DNA of 64,000 bases from Candidatus Latescibacterota bacterium. Its GTDB lineage: Bacteria > Latescibacterota > UBA2968. The translations under genes were made by a program, and so were the position numbers. Location of the stretch: NCBI GenBank assembly GCA_965208125.1, contig OZ242320.1:3264001-3328000 (forward strand), in the 5' to 3' direction. Under the pieces are notes generated by a model. It searched no databases and was not told where the DNA came from. It saw nothing but the letters and a program-made list of their open reading frames with translations. Below, piece after piece: positions 29,077 through 40,000 of this stretch. Each line of letters begins with the position of its first letter. The first letter of the stretch is position 1.

Positions 29077-32000
29077 ATGAGAATAGAATGCAAGATACTC
29101 AGGGTAAGCGTGTGCCTGTTTGCGTTGCTCTGCCTTTCATCTGTCGGATATGCTTCTCAGCCATCGGCTGATGTGCATTTTTGTAGGGTTCTCGATTTCG
29201 AAGACATGTGGGCACGCGATAGTTTGTATGCCGCCACGAAGCACGCGCTTAATCTGAACGTGGGCGACCCCCGCACGGTGCGGATGATCTACTTCTTGCC
29301 GAATGATCGTCCGTTTCGCCAGGAGGTGGTGGATTCGATGAAAGTGACCATTCGGCAAGTTCAGACCTTCTTTGCCGAGCAGATGCAGGCGCACGGATAT
29401 GGGAACAAGGCCTTTCGCTTTGAGGCCGATGTGCAGGGCGAACCAATGGTTCATCGCGTGGAGGGTCAACATCTCGATAGTCACTATTTTGATGACACAC
29501 CTGGTACTGTGATTAACGAGCTCGAACAAGCATTTGATCTCGATGCTAATATTTACTTCATCGTCATTGACAATAGTATAAATGCAATTGGTAGTGGTGG
29601 TCTGCGAGTGCCTGGTGTAGGAGGACGACGAGGGAAAAATGGTGGCTTAGGGTTGGTTACTGGCAAATTTAGTTTCGAATCAGCGGCACATGAACTTGGA
29701 CACGCTTTTGGATTATCGCACGATTTCAACGATGTTGCGTACATTATGTCTTATGGTTCAGATCAAGATCGGTTATCTGCTTGTAATGCCGAATTTTTGG
29801 CTGTGCATCCCTACTTCAATCTCGATACTCCAATTGAAGAGGCACTGTTACCAAGCATTGAGCTTCTTTCACCGCAGGAATATCCCGCAGGGTCAAAGAG
29901 CATCTCTGTCCATATCAAAATCAGCGATTTAGAGGAGCTTCATCAGGTACTCCTATTCGTTAGAACAAGAGAACCCCACCTCGCCGCTGGATTTCTTGAA
30001 GTGAAGGGATGTCGTGGATTGGCAGGTGACAAAGATGCTGTCGTTGAATTTGAATATGACGGCGTTATTCCTTCTGCTGTCTTTACGAGTCTTTCCGACC
30101 CTTCTGTCCATCCGATTTATGTCCAAGCCGTTGATACTGAGGGGAATGTGGGCAGGGCGTATTTTGAATTTTTAGAAATTTCGCCACACCATATCGCCAC
30201 GCTTGAAGAGCATAAGAATGAGGTCTATTCTATTGCATTTTCACCCGATGGCAGTACACTTGCTTCTGGGTCATTAGATGGCCTGGTCAAGCTATGGGAC
30301 GTTTCGACAAGGCGCGATATTGATACCTTTGACGCGCATACAGGGTGGGTCGCTTCTCTTGCGTTTTCACCCAATGGGATGATGCTTGCTTCCGGATCAG
30401 ATGATCAAACAGTCAAGCTATGGGAGGTTTCGACAAGGCGCAATCTCGCCACCTTTGAGGAACATTGGGGTCGTGTTGTCTCTGTTGTGTTTTCACCCGA
30501 TGGCAGTACACTTGCTTCTGGGTCATTGGATGGCCTGGTCAAGCTATGGGAGGTTTCGACAAGGCGCAATCTCGCCACCTTTGAGGGACATATGTGGGGA
30601 GGATCTGTTGCGTTTTCACCCGATGGGATGATCCTCGCTGCAGGATCAGGTGACGGCACAATAAAGCTGTGGGATGTTGCAACCGAAAAAAATATCGCCA
30701 CTTTTGAAGGGCATACGAGAGAGGTCATTTCTGTTGCATTTTCTCCCGACGGAGAGACGCTTGCTTCGGGTTCAGATAATGGTACGGTCAAGCTGTGGGA
30801 TGTTGCAACGCGGACAAATATCGCCACCTTTGAAGAGGATAGAGGTCGTGTTTCCTCTGTTGCGTTTTCTCCCGATGGCACTATCCTTGCTTCGGGTGCG
30901 TGGGATAAAACGGTCAATCTGTGGGATGTTGCAACACGGACAAATCTTGCCACCCTTGAAGGGCATAGAGGTCTTGTTCACTCTGTTGCATTTTCACCCG
31001 AGGGGACGATGCTTGCTTCAGGTTCGGGAGATCATACGATCAGATTATGGGATGTTTCTGAGTGGCGGCTACCCCGGCCTCAAAACCTTGTGAAAATCTC
31101 AGGAGATAACCAGCAGGACACGCCCGATGCAGAGTTGGCGATGCCTTTGGTCGTTGAAGTGAGAGATCAATACGGGAATCCCTTACAACATGCTCGGGTC
31201 ACCTTTGCTGTCACCGCAGGCGAAGGGAAACTCAGCGGGCGGTTCACGGTTGAGAACACAACAACTGATGCCAATGGCAGGGCGCAGAGTACGCTTACCC
31301 CTGGTCCCGGAACAAATACTGTTAAAGCATCGATTCCTGGGATTGAGGTGACATTTAACGCTGTGGGCGTTGGAATGCCTACTACGTCGGTTATAGGTGG
31401 TGATTATCAGCAGTGGCGTTTACCCAATGGTGCGACTGTACGTCTGGAAAAAGGACACATTAGTGGAGACGATAAGGCGGTGGCATTTTCGCCAGATGGT
31501 CAAAGTCTCGCTGTGGCAAGTGCCATTGGTGTGTGGCTTTACGATGTGGCGACATTGAGAGGACGCGCACTACTCACCGGGCATAAGGGTGAGGTCAGTT
31601 CTGTGTCGTTTTCACCTGATGGGACAATACTCGCTTCCGGGTCTTCTGATCACACAATCAAGCTATGGAAAGTTCAGACAGAAGAAAATATCGCCACTTT
31701 TGAAGGGCATAGTAGAGAGGTCACTTCTATTGCATTTTCACCTGATGGGACAATACTCGCTTCCGGGTCTTCTGATCACACAATCAAGCTATGGAAAGTT
31801 CAGACAGAAGAAAATATCGCCACTTTTGAAGGGCATAGTAGAGAGGTCACTTCTATTGCATTTTCACCTGATGGAACAACCCTCGCTTCCGGATCATGGG
31901 ATGAAACAGTCAGATTATGGGACGTTGCGACAAGAACAAATATCGCCACCTTCTTAGAACATACGCGTGAGGTCACTGCTGTTGCATTTTCGCCCGATGG

Positions 32001-33639
32001 GACGACACTTGTATCTGTCGGAGGGGATAGGATGATTAGATTGTGGGAAGTTTCGACGCGAACAAGTACTGTAATCCTAAGGCATAAGGATACCGTCACT
32101 TCTATTGCATTTTCACCTGATGGAACAACCCTCGCTTTGGCATCTTATGATGAGGTCAGACTATGGGACATTGTGACGAGGCAAAATGTTGTCACCCTCT
32201 CAGAGCATATGGATGAAGTTACAGATGTTGCATTTTCGCCCGATGGGACAATACTCGCTTCGACGTCTTATGGTGAGGTCAAACTATGGGATATTGCGAC
32301 ACAAAATACATCTATCCTTACGGAACATCTATCTGGGGTCCGTTCTGTGGTATTTTCACCCGATGGAACGACACTTGTCCTCTTGTCAAGGAATCGCCTG
32401 GTTAGAATGTGGAATGTTGCAATGAGAATAAATCTCGTTGCACCTTTTGAACATATCCATGGTATCTCCTCTGTCGCGTTCTCGCCAAACGGGACAATAC
32501 TTGCTACTGGGTCATGGCAGGAGGTCAAGCTGTGGGACATTGAGATAAAAGAAAATATCGGCACACTCAAAGGGCATACGGATTGGGTCAATTCTATGGC
32601 ATTTTCGCCTGATGGGACAATACTCGCTTCTGGGTCGGGAAGAAACGTCATGCTGTGGAATGTTGCGACTGGAACCAATATCGCCACCTTCTCAGAACAT
32701 ACGAGTAGGGTCACTGCTGTTGTATTTTCGCCCGATGGCACGGTGCTTGCCTCGGGGTCTCATGATAAAACGATCAGATTGTGGAATGTTGAAACAGAAA
32801 AAAATATTGCGACCCTTCCATACGATGAAAGGGTCCGGTCTGTGTCATTTTCGCCCGATGGGACAATACTCGCTTCTGGGTCGGGAAGAAACGTCATGCT
32901 GTGGGATGTTTTGACAAGAGAAAATATCGCTATCCTTGAGGGCCATACGAATAATATCGCTTCTGTATCATTTTCGCCCGATGGCACGGTGCTTGCCTCA
33001 GGGTCAGGGGATAGAACAGTCAAACTGTGGGATGTAGCAGCAGGACGATCTATAGCTACATTTGAGGGGCATAAGGATTGGGTCTGGTCTGTCGCATTCT
33101 TACCTTACGGCACTACGCTCGCTTCGGGATCAGATGATGGCACGGCTCTGCTGTGGGATATATCGGAGTACATCACACCTGTGGTCAACATTCCCGATGC
33201 TAACCTCAGAGCGGTGATCAGGGATGCGTTGGGCAAGTCGCGTTTTGCACCTATTACCACTACTGATATGGCGAGTTTGACTACTCTGAACGCGAGTAAT
33301 CGCAATATCCGCGATTTGACCGGGCTGGAGTTTGCAACCAATCTGACCGAGTTGAATCTTGTGGGTAATCGGCTGAGTTCGCTGTCCATCAACACGCATA
33401 TTCCAGTGCTTCAGAACAGAGGTGTTGGGGTCTTGTTTGACAAGACGCCAACACCCGATTTTGATGGTGACGGTACTGTTGGTTTTGCTGACTTTTTGCT
33501 TTTTGTCGCGCAGTTCGGGTTCGGTGAAGACGATGAGGGATACGACGTGTGGTTTGATCTGGATGGGGATGGCATGATTGGATTCGGAGATTTTCTGATT
33601 TTTGCCAATAACTTTGGCAAATCTGCATCATCCAATTGA
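29077..33639 (+). CDS. Secreted metzincin + 7 WD40 + Big-1 Ig + 14 WD40 + LRR cap + EF-hand/dockerin-like protein (copy 1)
   Basis: HELGHAFGLSH plus Met-turn IMSY; GH..WD repeats; VEVRDQYGNP/TTDANGRA; IPDANLRAVIR..IRDLTGLEFA; DFDGDG pair. Confidence 0.88.
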   Translation: MRIECKILRVSVCLFALLCLSSVGYASQPSADVHFCRVLDFEDMWARDSLYAATKHALNLNVGDPRTVRMIYFLPNDRPFRQEVVDSMKVTIRQVQTFFAEQMQAHGYGNKAFRFEADVQGEPMVHRVEGQHLDSHYFDDTPGTVINELEQAFDLDANIYFIVIDNSINAIGSGGLRVPGVGGRRGKNGGLGLVTGKFSFESAAHELGHAFGLSHDFNDVAYIMSYGSDQDRLSACNAEFLAVHPYFNLDTPIEEALLPSIELLSPQEYPAGSKSISVHIKISDLEELHQVLLFVRTREPHLAAGFLEVKGCRGLAGDKDAVVEFEYDGVIPSAVFTSLSDPSVHPIYVQAVDTEGNVGRAYFEFLEISPHHIATLEEHKNEVYSIAFSPDGSTLASGSLDGLVKLWDVSTRRDIDTFDAHTGWVASLAFSPNGMMLASGSDDQTVKLWEVSTRRNLATFEEHWGRVVSVVFSPDGSTLASGSLDGLVKLWEVSTRRNLATFEGHMWGGSVAFSPDGMILAAGSGDGTIKLWDVATEKNIATFEGHTREVISVAFSPDGETLASGSDNGTVKLWDVATRTNIATFEEDRGRVSSVAFSPDGTILASGAWDKTVNLWDVATRTNLATLEGHRGLVHSVAFSPEGTMLASGSGDHTIRLWDVSEWRLPRPQNLVKISGDNQQDTPDAELAMPLVVEVRDQYGNPLQHARVTFAVTAGEGKLSGRFTVENTTTDANGRAQSTLTPGPGTNTVKASIPGIEVTFNAVGVGMPTTSVIGGDYQQWRLPNGATVRLEKGHISGDDKAVAFSPDGQSLAVASAIGVWLYDVATLRGRALLTGHKGEVSSVSFSPDGTILASGSSDHTIKLWKVQTEENIATFEGHSREVTSIAFSPDGTILASGSSDHTIKLWKVQTEENIATFEGHSREVTSIAFSPDGTTLASGSWDETVRLWDVATRTNIATFLEHTREVTAVAFSPDGTTLVSVGGDRMIRLWEVSTRTSTVILRHKDTVTSIAFSPDGTTLALASYDEVRLWDIVTRQNVVTLSEHMDEVTDVAFSPDGTILASTSYGEVKLWDIATQNTSILTEHLSGVRSVVFSPDGTTLVLLSRNRLVRMWNVAMRINLVAPFEHIHGISSVAFSPNGTILATGSWQEVKLWDIEIKENIGTLKGHTDWVNSMAFSPDGTILASGSGRNVMLWNVATGTNIATFSEHTSRVTAVVFSPDGTVLASGSHDKTIRLWNVETEKNIATLPYDERVRSVSFSPDGTILASGSGRNVMLWDVLTRENIAILEGHTNNIASVSFSPDGTVLASGSGDRTVKLWDVAAGRSIATFEGHKDWVWSVAFLPYGTTLASGSDDGTALLWDISEYITPVVNIPDANLRAVIRDALGKSRFAPITTTDMASLTTLNASNRNIRDLTGLEFATNLTELNLVGNRLSSLSINTHIPVLQNRGVGVLFDKTPTPDFDGDGTVGFADFLLFVAQFGFGEDDEGYDVWFDLDGDGMIGFGDFLIFANNFGKSASSN
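31609..31874 (+). repeat. Exact 126-bp tandem duplication of one WD40 blade
   Basis: Units beginning at 31609 and 31735 are nucleotide-identical. Confidence 0.9.
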
Positions 33640-33666
33640 CGGTATAAAAAAAATCAGGAGAATCTC

Positions 33667-34620
33667 ATGTATATACACACGAAGTATGGCTCGCGCAGAA
33701 CAAAATATCATTCAAGCAAATTAGGCATTAGTCCACCTCAGCACAATGTCATTAAAACCATTGCCATCTTTGTCACAGCAACCCTTCTACTCAACGCGAT
33801 AGCTCCCACATTTGCGTATGCAACTACGCAGAGTCAAGACGTGGAACAGGCCACACAGAAACCCCAGGAAAAGACAGTTACAGTCCTGTCTCGCGGAGAG
33901 ATTGATTCTTCAAAGATCACAATGGGATGGCATGCCCACATCGTCTATATATCCAAAGAGGAAGCTACAAGAACCGCAACCGGACAGATTATGGAAAAAG
34001 GCACAGATTATATCTTGATTAGAGTTGAGGATGAGGCATTGAAATCTTGGAAAACAATAGCATACCGTGACATGGATACCCTCATTATCGCTCAACACAC
34101 ACGAGATATTGAAGCATGGAGAAATGCAAGACAGACTCAACAACACCCAGGACAAGCCATACATCCACTCCTTAAAGGAGATTCCAAAGTACGTGTTTAT
34201 GCGCCTGTAATTCGGAAAGGAAGGATGGTCGGCAAGCTAATTAAAATGACGCAAGACACACTCGTTGTCCGTGGAGAACTTACATTTTATGGACGTAGAT
34301 TTTATCAGGTGCCCCTTTCTTCAATCTCCAATCTTGAAGTCAGCATTGGACAGCATAGAAATACATTCAAAGGCCTGGGCATTGGACTGGGTATCAGCGG
34401 ACTTTTAATAGCCGTCGCTGGAATGTCCGGCGGTGGCGATTTAGGTATGGGTCTGTTGGTGTCATTGCATGCCGCAATACCTATTACTATCGTTGCAACT
34501 ACAATTGGCCTACTAATGAAATCCGACAAATGGGTCGCGGTGCCGCTGCAACGTCTCAACTTGAGCCTTACACCCACATCTACAAAAGGGCTTCGCGCCG
34601 TGCTGACGTTTAATTTTTAA
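33667..34620 (+). CDS. Exported membrane hypothetical protein, paralogue of 27940-28863
   Basis: Shares IMEKGTD.ILIRVEDEALKSWKTIAY and MVGKLIKMTQDTLVVRG; Gly-rich TM hairpin; ends LTFNF. Confidence 0.7.
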   Translation: MYIHTKYGSRRTKYHSSKLGISPPQHNVIKTIAIFVTATLLLNAIAPTFAYATTQSQDVEQATQKPQEKTVTVLSRGEIDSSKITMGWHAHIVYISKEEATRTATGQIMEKGTDYILIRVEDEALKSWKTIAYRDMDTLIIAQHTRDIEAWRNARQTQQHPGQAIHPLLKGDSKVRVYAPVIRKGRMVGKLIKMTQDTLVVRGELTFYGRRFYQVPLSSISNLEVSIGQHRNTFKGLGIGLGISGLLIAVAGMSGGGDLGMGLLVSLHAAIPITIVATTIGLLMKSDKWVAVPLQRLNLSLTPTSTKGLRAVLTFNF

Positions 34621-34655
34621 CGTCAGCAATCCGTGTCCGCAGAAGGGATAAATCC

Positions 34656-37037
34656 ATGCACTCAGAGCGCAACGTGAATCACGCGCAGCACAACGTCATT
34701 AAAGCCATCGCTATCCTGGTCACTACAGCCCTCTTGCTCAATGCGATGGCTCCCACACTTGACCTGAGCGCGCGCGATAGTTTATATGCTGCGCCAAAAC
34801 AAACGTTTAATTTAAACGCAGGCGAACCCCGTACGGTGCGGATGATCTACTTCTTGCCGAATGACCGTCCCTTTCGCCAGGAAGTGGTGGATTCGATGAA
34901 GGTGACCATTCGCCAGATTCAGACCTTCTTTGCAGAGCAGATGCAGGCGCACGGGTATGGCCGCAAGACCTTTCGCTTTGAGACCGATGCTCAGGGCGAA
35001 CCTATGGTTCATCGCGTGGAGGGTCAACATCCTACTGACCACTATCTTGGCGGTAGTGGTGAGGTTGATGAAATTGAACAGAAGTTTGATCTTTCGGCGA
35101 ACAATGTTTACTTCATCGTTCTGGACAATGGTACGGATGAAATTAAGCTGGGGATAAAAGGTTTAGGCATAGGGGGAAGAAATAGTGGCATTGCGAAGAT
35201 TCCCGGCGAATTTCACTGGAAAACGGCCGCACATGAACTTGGACATGGCTTTGGGTTGGGACACAATTTTAACGATGATGCGTACATCATGTCGTTTGGC
35301 TATACAGGCCAAGATCGGTTATCTCCCTGCTATGCCAAATTTTTGGCTGTGCATCCCTACTTCAATTCCGATGTTCCAGATGAAAATACATCGCCGCTGA
35401 CAATTCAACTTACTTCTCGGCGTGCATATCCAAAAGACTCAAAGAGCATCTCTATCCAACTCAAAGTCAGCGATTCAGATGGGCTTCATCAGGTACTTTT
35501 GTTCACTGGTGGTGTTTTCAATTTAAAGGCATGTCATGGATTGAATGGCGAACAAGATGCTGTTGTTGAATTTGATTATGACGGCCGTATTCCATCTAAT
35601 GATGAAACGAGTCTTTCCAATCCTCTTGTGCATCAAATTTATGTCAAGGCGGTTGATACTGGCGGGAACGTTGCCAGCCTGTCTTTTAACTTGTGGGAAG
35701 TTTCGCCACAACATATCGCTACTATTGAGGGACATACGGATCAGATCCGTTCTGTGGCATTTTCCCCTGATGGTACTCTACTCGCTTCAGGGTCTTGGGA
35801 TGGCAAGATCAAGTTGTGGGATGTTGCGACGCAAGCAAATACCGCTACCCTTGAAGGGCATACAAGTTGGGTCAATTCTGTGGCATTTTCACCCGATGGA
35901 ACGACTCTTGCCTCTGGGTCATGGGATACCACGGTCAGACTATGGGATGTTGCGACAGAAAAGAATATCACCACCCTTGAAGGACATACGAAGTGGGTCA
36001 ATTCTGTGGTGTTTTCGCTTGATGGTACTCTACTCGCTTCGGGGGCAGGGAATACGATTAAACTATGGGATGTTGCGACGTGGACAAATACCGTTACCCT
36101 TGTTCATACAGATTTTGTTTACTCTGTGATGTTTTCTCCCGATGGAAAGACACTCGCCTCTGGGTCATGGGATGGCACGGTTAGGCTATGGGATGTTGGT
36201 AAAAAAGAAAATAGTATCACTCTTGAGGGACATACATCTGCTGTCTTTGATGTAGCGTTTTCTCCCGATGGCACAATACTCGCTTCAGGTTGGGGCGAGA
36301 TTAAACTGTGGGATGTTATGACGCGAGCAAATATCTTCACTATTAAAAACTATGGATCTGTGAGTTCTATGGTATTTTCACCTGATGGGATGATACTCGC
36401 TACGGGGTTAGAGGGTGGCGAGATTAAACTGTTGGACGTTGCGACTGGTGAAAATATTGAGGCATTAAGAGGTCCAAGGGTTCAGTCTGTGGCGTTTTCG
36501 CCTTACAGTACAACACTTGCTTCCGGTTCAGAGGATGGTGCAGTTCTGCTATGGGATGTGTCGGAGTACATCACGCCTGTAGTCCGTATTCCTGATGCTA
36601 ACCTCAGAGCAGTTATTCGAGATGCGCTGGGCAAATCGCGTTTTGCGCCTATTACTACCACTGATATGGCGAATTTGACTACTCTCGACGCGAGCAACCG
36701 CAATATCCGCGATCTGACCGGGCTTGAGTTTGCAACCAATCTGACAGAGTTGAATCTTGTGGATAATCGGCTGAGTTCGTTGTCTATCAACACGCATATT
36801 CCAGCACTTCAGGACAGAGGTGTTGAGGTCTTGTTTGACAAGACGCCAACACCCGATTTTGATGGCGATGGTGTTGTTGACTTTTCTGATTTTTTGCTTT
36901 TTGTAGCACAGTTTGGGTTTAGTGAAGACGATGAGGGTTATGACGTGTGGTTTGATCTGGATGGCGATGGTGTGATCGGATTCGGAGATTTTCTGATTTT
37001 TGCCAATGCCTTTGGCAAAGTCATATCGTCAAATTGA
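34656..37037 (+). CDS. Short chimeric metzincin + 7 WD40 + LRR cap + EF-hand protein (copy 2)
   Basis: HELGHGFGLGH; 7 blades; no Big-1 domain; leader taken from the neighbouring hypothetical family. Confidence 0.85.
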   Translation: MHSERNVNHAQHNVIKAIAILVTTALLLNAMAPTLDLSARDSLYAAPKQTFNLNAGEPRTVRMIYFLPNDRPFRQEVVDSMKVTIRQIQTFFAEQMQAHGYGRKTFRFETDAQGEPMVHRVEGQHPTDHYLGGSGEVDEIEQKFDLSANNVYFIVLDNGTDEIKLGIKGLGIGGRNSGIAKIPGEFHWKTAAHELGHGFGLGHNFNDDAYIMSFGYTGQDRLSPCYAKFLAVHPYFNSDVPDENTSPLTIQLTSRRAYPKDSKSISIQLKVSDSDGLHQVLLFTGGVFNLKACHGLNGEQDAVVEFDYDGRIPSNDETSLSNPLVHQIYVKAVDTGGNVASLSFNLWEVSPQHIATIEGHTDQIRSVAFSPDGTLLASGSWDGKIKLWDVATQANTATLEGHTSWVNSVAFSPDGTTLASGSWDTTVRLWDVATEKNITTLEGHTKWVNSVVFSLDGTLLASGAGNTIKLWDVATWTNTVTLVHTDFVYSVMFSPDGKTLASGSWDGTVRLWDVGKKENSITLEGHTSAVFDVAFSPDGTILASGWGEIKLWDVMTRANIFTIKNYGSVSSMVFSPDGMILATGLEGGEIKLLDVATGENIEALRGPRVQSVAFSPYSTTLASGSEDGAVLLWDVSEYITPVVRIPDANLRAVIRDALGKSRFAPITTTDMANLTTLDASNRNIRDLTGLEFATNLTELNLVDNRLSSLSINTHIPALQDRGVEVLFDKTPTPDFDGDGVVDFSDFLLFVAQFGFSEDDEGYDVWFDLDGDGVIGFGDFLIFANAFGKVISSN

Positions 37038-37083
37038 TGGTTTGTCTGTTTTGGAACGACACTTCAAGTAAGGTGCATATCCA

Positions 37084-40000
37084 ATGAAAAATTGGGTTCT
37101 TCATTTTACCTCTTTGATCAAGCTGGCAACATGCTTTTTGGTATTGCTCTGTCTATCGTCTGCTGGATATGCTTCTCAGCCATCGGATGATGTGCATTTT
37201 TGCTTGCCACTTGATTTCGAAGACATGCAGGCGCGCGATAGTTTGTATGCTGCCACGAAGCACGCGCTTAATCTGAACGTGGGCGACCCCCGCACGGTGC
37301 GGATGATCTACTTCTTGCCGAATGACCGTCCATTTCGCCAAGAAGTGGTTGATTCGATGAAAGTGACCATTCGCCAGATTCAGACCTTTTATGCCGAGCA
37401 GATGCAGGCGCATGGACACGGAAACAAAACCTTCCGCTTTGAGATCGATGCCCAGGGCGAGCCGATGGTTCATCGCATGGATGGTCAACACCCCGATAGT
37501 CACTATCTCAACAATACGACAAATACTGTGTTTGGCGAGATTGAACAGGCGTTTGATGTGATGGAGAATATTTACTTCATCGTGGTTGACAATAGTATAA
37601 GTGGAATTGTTCAGGATGGTCAGCATGTGTCAGGTGTAGGAGCCCGACGAGGTAAAAATGGTGGTGATACATTATTTCCCAGTGAATTTAGTTTTAAAAC
37701 AGCGGCACATGAACTCGGACATGCTTTCGGATTGCAGCACGATTTCAACGATGATGCGTATATGATGTCCTATGGAACAAGTAGCGATCAATTATCAGTA
37801 TGTAATGCTGAATATTTGGCTGTTCATCCCTACTTCAATCTCGATACCCCGGTTGAAGCGACGCAGTTGCCAACTATCGAACTTCTTTCGTCACGGGATT
37901 ATCCGGCTGGGGCAAAGAGTATCTCTATTCAACTCAAAGTCAGCGATTCAGGAGGGCTTCATCAAGTAATCTTATTCGTTAGAACAAGAGCACCACACAT
38001 CGCCGCTGGATTTCTTGAAGCGAAGACCTGTCGTGGATTGACGGGGCAACAAGACGCTGTTATTGAATTTGATTATAATGGTGTTATTCCATCTCTTGGC
38101 TATACGAGTCTTTCCGATCCTGTGGCTCATCCAATTTATATCGAGGTAGTTGATACCGATGGGAATGTGAGCGGATTACCTTTTGACCTTTTGGAAATTT
38201 CGCCAAACCATATCGCTTCCTTTGAAGGACATACGGATAGGGTCTATTCTGTGGCGTTTTCACCCGATGGTACAATGCTCGCTTCGGGGTCAAGGGATAA
38301 CACTATCAGATTATGGGATGTTGCGACTAAGGCGGATAGCGCTACCCTTGAAGGGCACACGAACTATGTTTATTCAGTGGCATTTTCACCCGATGGGAAA
38401 ATACTCGCTTCCGGGTCAAGATCAAGGAATAATTCGATCAAACTGTGGGATGTTGAAACCAGGCAACATATCGCTGACCTTGATGGACATGATTGGGGAG
38501 TCCGTTCTGTGATGTTTTCACCCGATGGTACGATACTTGCTTCTGGGGCAGGGGATAACACGGCTAAGCTGTGGGATGTTGTCACAAGAGAAAATATCGC
38601 TACCTTTGAGGGGCATACGCATCGTGTAAATTCTGTGGCGTTTTCACCTGACGGCACAACGCTCGCTTCGGGGTCTTATGATAATACGGTCAAGCTATGG
38701 GATGTTGCGAAGAAGACAAATATTACCACTCTTGAAGGGCATACATATACTGTAAATTCTGTATCGTTTTCGCCTGATGGTACGATGCTGGCTTCCGGGT
38801 CAGGAGATGACACAGTCAAGCTGTGGGATGTTGCTACCGGACGACATATCGCCACCCTTGAAGGACATATCAGTGATGTTGCTTCTGTGTCATTTTCGCC
38901 CGATGGAAAGATTCTCGCCTCGGGAGCAGCGAATGGCACAATCAAGCTGTGGGATGTTGTTACCGGACGACATATTGCTGACTTTCCGCGCGATGGTTGG
39001 ATTGATTCTATATCCTTTTCACACAACGGTACCATGCTCGCTTTTAGTTCAGAGGATAGCAGGGTCGAACTGTGGGATACATCTGAATGGACGCAATCTC
39101 GTCCTCAAACACTTATGAAGATCTCGGGGGATAACCAGCAAAGTACAACAGGTACAGAGTTGGCGAACCCGTTTATCGTTGAGGTACGGGATCAGTATGG
39201 TAATCCTTTACAAGGTGCTCTGGTCACCTTTGCTGTCACCGCTGGTGATGGGAAACTCAGTGGGAGATTTACTGTAGAGAATGCTATAACTGATGACAAC
39301 GGCAGAGTAGAAAGGACGCTTACTCTTGGTCAGGGAACAAATACTGTCGAGGTATCTATCGCTGGGATTGAAGTGATTTTTAACGCTGAGAGCGTTGGAA
39401 TACCTGCCACACCGATCATAGGTGGTGACTATCCGACATGGCATTTACCCGATGGCGCAATGATACGCTTGGGAAAAGGACACATGGGAAAAGGCGATAG
39501 GGCGGTGGCATTTGCGCCGGATGGCCGAAGCCTTGCTGTGGCAAGTGGCATCGGTGTGTGGCTTTACGATGTGGGGATTGCCCGTGAACGTGCACTACTC
39601 GTCGGGTATAAGGATGAAGTTACTTCTGTTGCATTTTCTTCGAATGGAATGACACTCGCTTCGGGATCAAGGGATGGGGAGGTCAAGCTATGGGATGCAG
39701 CTATAGGAGAAAATATCGCCATCCTTGAAGGGCATGGAAGTGGGGTCACTTCTGTTGCATTTTCATCTGATGGTACAACGCTCGCCTCGGGATCTTATGA
39801 TCGAACGATCAAACTGTGGAATGTCGCGGACAAAGAAAATATTGCGACCCTTGAGGGGCATACAAATTTTGTCACTTCTGTTGCATTTTCCCCCGATGGA
39901 AAAATCCTCGCTTCGGGTTCATGGGACGAAACAGTTAGGCTATGGGACATTGCTATAAAAGAAAATATCGCGATCCTTGGGGGATATAACTACACTATCT

